From the NCBI GenBank assembly GCA_050944915.1, contig JBMNRY010000003.1, positions 1 to 44,247 of the forward strand: a DNA stretch of 44,247 nucleotides. The letters run 5' to 3'. Position 1 is the stretch's first letter. The number at the start of each line of letters is the position of its first letter. The notes under the pieces were generated by a model that was not told the origin of the DNA, made no database searches, and was given only the letters and a program-made list of their open reading frames with translations. The translations under genes and the position numbers were made by a program. Of the stretch, positions 37,727 to 44,247 are shown one piece after another. This DNA is from Limnochordia bacterium (GTDB taxonomy: Bacteria; Bacillota; Limnochordia; JAAZLZ01).

Positions 37727-38920
37727 TTAGGGAAGATCTTGGAGGGCCGCCGCCAAAACGTCGGCAAATAGGCGGGCCGCCCTAAGGGCCGGTTCTTCCC
37801 AGTGGTTGTAATTGCCGATTTCTAATAATAGGGCCCGGGGATGGACATGTTGATTGTAGCGGGCGGTGTCCACGATGCGTACCCCCCGGGACAGACCGGG
37901 ATACATAGTTTCCATCCGGTCGTGGAGAACCCGGGCAAAGGCTAGATTCTCCCGCCACCGGGGGTGGGGCAAACCATAGGCATCGGTGGTGACGATAATG
38001 AGGATCCGGGCCACCGGCTGACCGCCGATTTCCGTTAACAGATCCAAATCGGGGATCCCATCCCGATGGATGTCCAGGATGACTTCCAGTTGGGGATTCT
38101 CCCGAACCATCCCCTCCGCGGTCCGCAAAGAATTAACATAGCTATGGAGGAATCCATCCTGATCATGGAGGGCACGGGAGTGGAGCACCGGGATGCCATG
38201 CTTTTCTTCCAAGGTCCGTGCCAGCTCCCCGCCCACCCGCATAATCCCCGTATCGGTCGTATTATGGAGGTGGTAATCGCTGAACCGGCGGGGATCGAGA
38301 CCCTCTCGATGGTAGGTTTCCGAATTATGGGTGTGGTAAAGACCGACGATAGGTTCCTGGCCCCAGCGGGGAACCCCCGGGGATGGACTAGGTTCTGGGG
38401 GAGGCAGTGTCGGTGGAGGGGGTGCGGGCCTTTGGGGAGGCACTTCAATCTCCACTTGGGGCCTCGTCGGGACCGTCCCCCGGGGCAGACCGGCGGCAAT
38501 GAAGGTTCTGGGATCCCCAGGATCGAAACGGGCAACCACTTTGATCAATTCCCGCAAGATGCGGTAGCCATCCATGGCCGTATTAGGTTCGGGACCCGAT
38601 TCGAGGATGGGCAACGCCTGCTGGAGTAAGGTTTTCGGCAAATCACCCTGGGGGACCAAACGGGCCATGGCCGGCACCACCATCTCTTCCCTGCCCTGGA
38701 CCATGGAGGTCACACCTCGAGCAGCTAGCTGGGAAAAATTATGGAGCGCTCCCGGGTTGTTCCTGGCACCGCTAACCAGCAAGGTGAATAAGAGAAGGAC
38801 GCCGTAAAAGGCAGCCAAATTACGAAAAAAAGAACGGGGCAAGCGCCGACTGAGAAGGAGTACCCGCCGCCTGACCCGTAAGGATGTAATCCTTAATTGA
38901 TAGCGGAACTGCCGGAACAT
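37727..38920 (-). CDS. spoIIP: Stage II sporulation protein P (engulfment peptidoglycan hydrolase)
   Basis: N-terminal TM segment, proline linker, LYHTHNSETY, SY.NS, ILDIHRDG, RYNQH and LLLEIG motifs. Start moved to ATG 38920. Confidence 0.92.
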   Translation of the reverse strand: MFRQFRYQLRITSLRVRRRVLLLSRRLPRSFFRNLAAFYGVLLLFTLLVSGARNNPGALHNFSQLAARGVTSMVQGREEMVVPAMARLVPQGDLPKTLLQQALPILESGPEPNTAMDGYRILRELIKVVARFDPGDPRTFIAAGLPRGTVPTRPQVEIEVPPQRPAPPPPTLPPPEPSPSPGVPRWGQEPIVGLYHTHNSETYHREGLDPRRFSDYHLHNTTDTGIMRVGGELARTLEEKHGIPVLHSRALHDQDGFLHSYVNSLRTAEGMVRENPQLEVILDIHRDGIPDLDLLTEIGGQPVARILIIVTTDAYGLPHPRWRENLAFARVLHDRMETMYPGLSRGVRIVDTARYNQHVHPRALLLEIGNYNHWEEPALRAARLFADVLAAALQDLP

Positions 38921-38950
38921 GTCCAAGACCACCCCTTCCCCCTTGCTACC

Positions 38951-38979
38951 AAAATATGAGGGGAAGGGGTGAATTATGC
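38951..38979 (-). promoter_or_regulatory. SigE-like promoter upstream of spoIIP
   Basis: GCATAAT-14 nt-CATATTTT. Confidence 0.55.
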
Positions 38980-39449
38980 TAAAGCTCTGGCAGTTCGATC
39001 TCGTGTAAAACCGCGATCTCGTCACAATTGGGAAACTCGGGACAGTTGATACATTCCCGCCAAACCTTATGGGGGAGGAGATCCTTAGAAACGACGGTAA
39101 AGCCGCATTTGGCGAAGAACTCCGGTCGATAAGTCAAGGCAAAAACCCGGGCGATCCGCAGTTCCTTGGCTTCTTCCAACAAGCGATTGACCAATTCTTT
39201 ACCTAAGCCCCGGCCCAGGGCTTCTTCCACTAAGGCTAAAGCTCGAATCTCGGCCAAATCCTCCCAAGTAATATGGAGGGCTCCGGCACCGAGAAACCGA
39301 CCATCCTCCTCGACGACGGTGAATTCCCGCAAGGTTTCATAAAGGAGACTGCGGGACCGAGGCAGCATCAAACCTTGGCTAGCATAATGATTTATTAATC
39401 CATGGATTTTTTCCACATCGGGCATCAACGCCTTGCGGAAAATAATCAT
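38979..39449 (-). CDS. GNAT N-acetyltransferase (short ArgA-like amino-acid acetyltransferase)
   Basis: LMLPRS, ALHITWEDLAEIRALA, GRGLG, VFALTY..FF..GF and LPHKVWRECINCP..PNCDE motifs. Start ATG 39449. Confidence 0.82.
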   Translation of the reverse strand: MIIFRKALMPDVEKIHGLINHYASQGLMLPRSRSLLYETLREFTVVEEDGRFLGAGALHITWEDLAEIRALALVEEALGRGLGKELVNRLLEEAKELRIARVFALTYRPEFFAKCGFTVVSKDLLPHKVWRECINCPEFPNCDEIAVLHEIELPEL

Positions 39450-39497
39450 AGCATCCTCTCCTTGCAAAAAATTCCTTTGTCTATTATGGAAAGGGAA

Positions 39498-40388
39498 TCA
39501 GTGAAAAGGTGCTACCCTCTGGGTGCCAAACCGGCTGTTGAGCATGGCGCCGATCCCGAAGATGCCGATGAGTATTCCGCCAAACCAGCCAAGAATCGGC
39601 ACATAACGGAGCAAATTCAAGAGAATGATCCCGATGAGGATTTGGGCCATGGGGGCTACTTGGGCTTCCCCGGTGATCCGACTGCCGATGAACAAAGCGA
39701 TGGCTAAATAGCCTATCACCCAGGCCAAGAAAAGGCCGCTGATCAAAAGGAAAACCAAAGGGATCCCGATTATCGTCAAGATCAACAGTATGGTCGCCGG
39801 CATGACGGCTGCCAGGCCAAGGAAACCGAGCAAGGCACAACGGCCGGGCTGAACCTCCAGGGCGTAGGAAATATTGTGCATGGCTTTGGGGAAGAGGGCC
39901 GTCACAATTAAGGCCAAGGCGATGGTGGCCAGCAAAGGCAAAACCTGAAAGGGTCCGGTCCACAGGGGCCAGGCAAAATGAAAACGTCGGAAATTCAGAT
40001 CAAGGCCGCCGATGCCTACATCATTCATCTTCCCCCGTACGCGGGCTTCGGGATAAAGTCGAATGCCGCCCCCAATTCCCGTCACATCACCATCGACCCG
40101 GGCCCCGGAAAGCAAAACCACCCGGCCGCCAACGGCCACCACATCACCGGCCACAGGGCCATCGATCATATTGCTACCGCCGATGACTACTACATCACCT
40201 AAGACACTACCTTCCACTCGCGCACTGCCGCCGATGACGACCACAGAACCATCGACGACCAGATCCTGGGGTATATGAACCGAAGCACCAAAACGGATCA
40301 GGTCTCCCTGCCGGTGCTCAATGGCCGCCCCAGCCGGTACCGCCAATAAAAGGATGAGGAATAAAAGGATGAGGCTCCTGCGCAACAT
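39498..40388 (-). CDS. Membrane protein with bactofilin-like (polymer-forming) beta-helix repeats
   Basis: Signal peptide (..AVPAGA), about 17-aa repeats (GSVVVIGG / GDVVVIGG / GDVVAVGG / GDVTGIGG) and a multi-TM C-terminal domain containing TIIGIP. Confidence 0.75.
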   Translation of the reverse strand: MLRRSLILLFLILLLAVPAGAAIEHRQGDLIRFGASVHIPQDLVVDGSVVVIGGSARVEGSVLGDVVVIGGSNMIDGPVAGDVVAVGGRVVLLSGARVDGDVTGIGGGIRLYPEARVRGKMNDVGIGGLDLNFRRFHFAWPLWTGPFQVLPLLATIALALIVTALFPKAMHNISYALEVQPGRCALLGFLGLAAVMPATILLILTIIGIPLVFLLISGLFLAWVIGYLAIALFIGSRITGEAQVAPMAQILIGIILLNLLRYVPILGWFGGILIGIFGIGAMLNSRFGTQRVAPFH

Positions 40389-40403
40389 AACCACTCACCT
40401 CCG

Positions 40404-40976
40404 TTAGCTGCGGAAGTCAATCAGTTCCGCATCGGTGATCAACATGTCCAGGGGTTGATCGTACTCCTCAGTGGGGACTTTCTCCACCACCTGTTCCTGG
40501 AAAGCCAAACCGATCTTGAGGGTTTCATCGGGCAGTCGAGCCAAGAACCGATCGTAGAATCCACCACCATAACCGATTCGATAGCCCCTCCGATCGAAGG
40601 CTAGTCCCGGGACGATGACCAGGTCCAAATCCCCTAGGTATACCCAGCGCAAACGGGAGGGATCCGGTTCTTTGATCCCCCAGACCCCGGCCACTAGATC
40701 GTCCTCCCCCCTGACCCAGCCGGGGATGAGCTGCCATAGCTGTCGATGGGTGTGGGGCAAGGCCACCCTTTTCCCCGCTCGCCAGGCTTCTTCTAGAAGC
40801 CCTTTGGTTTGCACCTCATCGGGCAGACTATGATAAAACATGATACCCCGGGCTTTCTTGAAGGCCGGAAGGTTTTGTAGTCGGTGGGCAATGAGAGCGT
40901 TTTTTTGTTCCTTAGCTTCCAACTCTCGGCGCCGGGCCAGCATCCTTTGGCGCAAGGTCTTTTTGTCCAAATCCAT
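40404..40976 (-). CDS. 5-formyltetrahydrofolate cyclo-ligase
   Basis: KKTLRQRM, DEVQT, WGIKEP, DLVIVPGLAFDRRGYRIGYGGGFYDRFL and DQPLD motifs. Confidence 0.95.
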   Translation of the reverse strand: MDLDKKTLRQRMLARRRELEAKEQKNALIAHRLQNLPAFKKARGIMFYHSLPDEVQTKGLLEEAWRAGKRVALPHTHRQLWQLIPGWVRGEDDLVAGVWGIKEPDPSRLRWVYLGDLDLVIVPGLAFDRRGYRIGYGGGFYDRFLARLPDETLKIGLAFQEQVVEKVPTEEYDQPLDMLITDAELIDFRS

Positions 40977-41039
40977 CCGACTCCAATACAATTATAGTTT
41001 TCTTGTACCCAATTGTACCACAATTAGTTGAAAGGGGGG

Positions 41040-41060
41040 CAAAAAAAGGCCCCCCGGGCC
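41040..41060 (-). terminator. Probable terminator after ymfH
   Basis: Minus strand GGCCC-GGG-GGGCC-TTTTTTT directly after the stop codon. Confidence 0.55.
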
Positions 41061-42331
41061 TAAGAACCGGAGGGCCGCACAATGGACACCGCGGCTGCTT
41101 CCATATTCAAATGCCGCCAACGTTCTTCCACATCGGCTAAAGCCACATCTTGAAGGACTTCAAAATAGTCGTCGAGGGAATGACCGCGAAAATGATACGC
41201 GAGGATATTGTTCGCCACTCGATCGGAGGAGTTTAGGGAACCAACGAATTGACCGATGGCCTTCTTGCGGACCCGCTCCAAATCGGAGGAAGGGATGGTC
41301 TTCTCCTTGCAAGCCTGCAGACCAGCCCGGAGTTGTTCTTCCAAGCGGGCGGGGTCTTCCGTTTCGCCCCCGATGAGGGTGAAACCAAAATGTTCGTTGG
41401 CGTAGTAGACATGGCTGAAGTTATCGTCGATGATGCCCTGTTCATAGAGACTGTTGTAAAGATCGGAGCTACGTCCTAAAAGGAGTTCTAAAAGGAGGTT
41501 GGTGGCGATTTCCCGTCGCAAAAGCTCCTTACCTTTCAGCGATGGTCCCGTCTCCTTAAAACCCAAGGCGAAACGGGGTCGGGAGACTAACAGCTTCGAT
41601 TCCACTCGGGCCTCTTTGATCTCCGCCGGTTCCGCGGGCATGATCCGTTGGATCTCCCCTTGTTCCCCATAATCCCGGGAACGGAGATTTGCTTCTACCC
41701 GCTCCATGATCGATTGGGGATCCACATCCCCCACGACACACAGGGCCATATTGCTGGGATGGTAGAAGGTTTTGTGACAATCATAAAGGAGCTCGGGAGT
41801 GATCTCTTCGATGGATTCCACGGTACCCCCGATTTCGATGCGCACCGGGTTCTTATGGAAGAGGGCTTTGAGCAAGGAACTGACTAATCTATGGTCGGGA
41901 TCATCTTCGATCATCATTAATTCCTGTTGGATGATCCCCTTTTCCTTGGCCACACTTTCAGGGGTGAAGTAGGGGTTTTGCACAAAATCCAATAGGAGAT
42001 CGAAGCTTTCCCAAAAACCATCGGTCGCCGAGAAAAGATAAGCGGTCAAAGCGTAGCTGGTGTAGGCATTGGCTGAAGCCCCCAACTCGCCGAAACGTTC
42101 AAAGGCATTACCCCATTCTTCGTCGAAGAGCTTATGTTCTAAAAAATGGGCGATCCCGGCCGGCACGGCAGTCGGCCCGTCATGACCGGGTACAACAAAC
42201 TCATTATCGATGGAACCATACTTCGTCCCGATGACAGCGTATAGTTTGTTGTATTTCCGGGGCAGGACAAAGGCCTCCAGACCATGGGACAATGTCTGAT
42301 GATGGATTTTTTCCAACGGAGTGATGGCCAT
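41060..42331 (-). CDS. ymfH: M16-family zinc peptidase YmfH
   Basis: YGSID, GIAHFLEHKLF (HxxEH), ANAYTS, EKGIIQQE and FYHPSNM motifs. Confidence 0.9.
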   Translation of the reverse strand: MAITPLEKIHHQTLSHGLEAFVLPRKYNKLYAVIGTKYGSIDNEFVVPGHDGPTAVPAGIAHFLEHKLFDEEWGNAFERFGELGASANAYTSYALTAYLFSATDGFWESFDLLLDFVQNPYFTPESVAKEKGIIQQELMMIEDDPDHRLVSSLLKALFHKNPVRIEIGGTVESIEEITPELLYDCHKTFYHPSNMALCVVGDVDPQSIMERVEANLRSRDYGEQGEIQRIMPAEPAEIKEARVESKLLVSRPRFALGFKETGPSLKGKELLRREIATNLLLELLLGRSSDLYNSLYEQGIIDDNFSHVYYANEHFGFTLIGGETEDPARLEEQLRAGLQACKEKTIPSSDLERVRKKAIGQFVGSLNSSDRVANNILAYHFRGHSLDDYFEVLQDVALADVEERWRHLNMEAAAVSIVRPSGS

Positions 42332-43600
42332 TTACTTCCCCTCCCCTCGGTAATTACGCAGGAAATAGGTGACATCGAGTTTTACATTCTGGGCCACCTG
42401 GATGATTTGGTCTTTATCCACCTTTTCGAAGGCTTCGATCAATTCCCGGTTACCCCAGGGGCGGTCATTAATCAAACCCCGGAGCCGATGATCGATGAGG
42501 GAATGGCCGCTATCTTCCATGACCAGTTGGCGGTGGATCAAACCCCGTCGCGTTGCGGAAATCTCCTCATCGCTGATTTGGCCCGCGGCCATCGCGTCGA
42601 TCTGGGCCTGGATAATCTCCCGGGCCTGTTGATATTTCTCCACATCGATGCCGGCGCTGGCCACCACCAGCCCCTTGGTCGCCTCGAGGCGCGAATAGGC
42701 AAAATAGGCTAGACTAGCCCGTTCCCGCACTTCGATGAACATCTTGGAGTGGGGGAAGCCCCCTAAAATCCCGTTATAAAAAGCTAGGGCAGGATATCCT
42801 GGATGGCCGTAGGTGACATCGGTTCGCAAACCCATGGCGATAATACCTTGGCGGACATCTTGCTCCTCCACCACCTCGATCCCCTTGGCCTGACCTTCAG
42901 TGACCGGGGGAAACTCCGCCGGCTGCCAGCCCTTGGGGAAGATCTTTTCCACCGCCGCCTGGAGCTCCGCCGTGGGTACCGGACCGACCACAAAGAGATC
43001 CGCTGGACCAGCCAGCAGCTCTCGATAATGGGCATAAAGCTCCCCGTTTGTTAAGCCTTGCACCCTCTGCCGATCCCCATAGCGGGAAATGCCGAAGGGT
43101 TCTTGCGGACACATTTCCTCGAACAGCCGCTGAAGGGCATAACGGGGTTTGTCGTTGATCAAACCGTCAATTTTACGTAACAAAATGTTCTTTTCCTGTT
43201 GAAAATAATCTTCCCGAAAGGCTTCCCCTTCCTGTAAAGGAGCGGTGATGATCTGCCCCAGGATTTCCAAGCCTTGGCGAACTAAGCCCGGCTCATGGAC
43301 CAGATCTTCCCGGGGTAATTCTAAGGTGAATTGGATGAGTTGGCGTTCCCCAATTTTGCTTACATCGGCGTCAAAATAGGCGCCATAGAGCTCTTCCAGC
43401 CTTTGGGCTAAAGCCTGGCTAGTGGGATAGCGGGCACAACCCCGCCGTAAGACAAAGGGCAGCAAGGCCGTCAGCCCCGCCTGCTCATCTAAAGGGCGTT
43501 GCAGAAAGAACTTGAAAAGAACCGTCTTAAACCGATGGGTATAATAATGATGTAATCGGATTCCATTGGCCAAAGATAGGTTCTGGAACTCCCTTTCCAA
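42332..43600 (-). CDS. ymfF: Inactive M16 peptidase partner YmfF
   Basis: FKT, LEELYGA, GGFPHSKMF..VRERASLAY motifs, with no HxxEH. Paired upstream of ymfH. Confidence 0.88.
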   Translation of the reverse strand: MEREFQNLSLANGIRLHHYYTHRFKTVLFKFFLQRPLDEQAGLTALLPFVLRRGCARYPTSQALAQRLEELYGAYFDADVSKIGERQLIQFTLELPREDLVHEPGLVRQGLEILGQIITAPLQEGEAFREDYFQQEKNILLRKIDGLINDKPRYALQRLFEEMCPQEPFGISRYGDRQRVQGLTNGELYAHYRELLAGPADLFVVGPVPTAELQAAVEKIFPKGWQPAEFPPVTEGQAKGIEVVEEQDVRQGIIAMGLRTDVTYGHPGYPALAFYNGILGGFPHSKMFIEVRERASLAYFAYSRLEATKGLVVASAGIDVEKYQQAREIIQAQIDAMAAGQISDEEISATRRGLIHRQLVMEDSGHSLIDHRLRGLINDRPWGNRELIEAFEKVDKDQIIQVAQNVKLDVTYFLRNYRGEGK

Positions 43601-43678
43601 ACAGCAGCTCTCCTTCCCTGTTTAGCTTACATCCTCTGTTAGTCTACCTTTTCTATGCCAGATTAATCCTTGTGCCAT

Positions 43679-43703
43679 AAATAAACCCGGCCGAAGGCCG
43701 GGC
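43679..43703 (-). terminator. Intrinsic terminator after comEA-like gene
   Basis: Minus strand GCCCGGCC-TTCG-GGCCGGGT-type hairpin with cUUCGg tetraloop, followed by TTATTT. Confidence 0.8.
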
Positions 43704-43705
43704 TT

Positions 43706-44074
43706 CTATTCGACCCGGATTAAATCCAGTAGTCCTGCCAGCTTTTTGGCACCGATACCGCTGACGTTGATCAGCTCCTCAGGCTCCTTAAACTCCCCTT
43801 GTTCCTCCCGGTAAGCGATGATCCGCTCCGCCAAGACGGGACCGATCCCCGGTAAGGTGCACAGCAGTTCCACATTAGCCCGATTGATATTGATTCGGGG
43901 GTCGAATTGCCCCTCTCCTGGAGTCAATTCCAAGGATTCTATGGGCTGGACCTCTTCCATGTAGAATTGGACTTCTTCACCGGCTGACCAGACTGCGGCT
44001 CGAATCCACAGCCCTGAACCTAAGGTCAAAGAAAAAATCACCAGCGCCACTAGGATTTGTTCCCTCTTCTGCAT
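43706..44074 (-). CDS. comEA: ComEA-like helix-hairpin-helix DNA-binding protein (short, no SLBB domain)
   Basis: N-terminal TM segment, ININRA..EL..LPGIGP..AERIIAYR and EELINVSGIG motifs. Start ATG 44074. Confidence 0.82.
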   Translation of the reverse strand: MQKREQILVALVIFSLTLGSGLWIRAAVWSAGEEVQFYMEEVQPIESLELTPGEGQFDPRININRANVELLCTLPGIGPVLAERIIAYREEQGEFKEPEELINVSGIGAKKLAGLLDLIRVE

Positions 44075-44120
44075 CGATGGCCCCCCTAATCTTCTGGGCA
44101 AGGCCGTCGGGAAAAGGATA

Positions 44121-44149
44121 AGCCGGTGGCATTTTCTTCGCCACCGGCC
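44121..44149 (-). terminator. Hairpin after leuS (probable terminator)
   Basis: Minus strand GCCGGTGGC-GAAGAAAAT-GCCACCGGC-TTATCCTTTT. Confidence 0.65.
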
Positions 44150-44162
44150 TGGGGATTCCTCC
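44134..44162 (-). promoter_or_regulatory. SigH-like promoter upstream of comEA
   Basis: GGAGGA-17 nt-GAAGAA (GGAGGAATCCCCAGGCCGGTGGCGAAGAA). Confidence 0.4.
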
Positions 44163-44163
44163 C

Positions 44164-44247
44164 TTATTTGACGACGATATTCACCAACTTACCGGGAACG
44201 ACGATCACCCGTAGGGGGTCTTTGCCCTCGGTGAATTCCTGGATCCG
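44164..44247 (-). CDS. leuS: Leucyl-tRNA synthetase, C-terminal 27 residues (partial)
   Basis: Translates to RIQEFTEGKDPLRVIVVPGKLVNIVVK*, the characteristic LeuRS C-terminus. leuS-comEA adjacency is common in clostridia. Confidence 0.88.
   Translation of the reverse strand, partial: RIQEFTEGKDPLRVIVVPGKLVNIVVK

Noticed and set aside
38390-38470. G-rich tract resembling a repeat or G-quadruplex
   Set aside because: Explained by the proline-rich linker of SpoIIP encoded on the minus strand.
38035-38629. Overlapping ORFs of 166 and 187 aa within spoIIP
   Set aside because: Alternative-frame and antisense ORFs in a GC-rich, proline-coding region, with no protein-like motifs.
3972-43600. Frequent TTG start codons (NAPRTase, ytaF, mutM, phoH, rpsU, grpE, lepA, MntR-like, ymfF)
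   Set aside because: TTG starts are common in Firmicutes with strong SD sequences, and the sample is too small to call unusual.
1-44247. CRISPR array, IS/transposase, prophage, toxin-antitoxin or defence genes
   Set aside because: No regularly spaced repeats and no matching protein motifs. Essentially all coding space is accounted for by recognisable genes.

Overview
This 44.2 kb window is mostly conserved core chromosome from an endospore-forming Firmicute (Bacillota), and nearly all genes are on the minus strand. In the direction of transcription (right to left) it reads: leuS (3' end only), comEA-like HhH gene, ymfF-ymfH M16 pair, 5-formylTHF cyclo-ligase, bactofilin-like membrane protein, short ArgA-type GNAT, spoIIP, [HAD hydrolase on +], DUF3231, murJ, MntR-like regulator, lepA-hemW-(CIRCE)-hrcA-grpE-dnaK-dnaJ-prmA-rsmE-mtaB-HIT, rpsU, nfeD-floA-orf, yqfC-yqfD, phoH-pgpH-ybeY-dgkA, L,D-transpeptidase, [SLH protein on +], polA-mutM-ytaF-coaE-mgsA-lytic transglycosylase-NAPRTase, CDF metal exporter, tRNA-Leu(GAG), hemerythrin, tandem-HD HD-GYP and trkA (5' part). 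I see no mobile element, CRISPR array, prophage or defence system. The most notable non-coding signal is a czcD/NiCo-like metal riboswitch with an overlapping terminator, in front of the CDF gene. Other points of interest are a stand-alone hemerythrin/HD-GYP pair, a recurring SigH-like promoter motif (including upstream of comEA), an MntR-like protein with a His-to-Asp change at a metal ligand, and an apparently exported bactofilin-like membrane protein. All calls come from reading the sequence by eye and from recalled family motifs; no searches were run.
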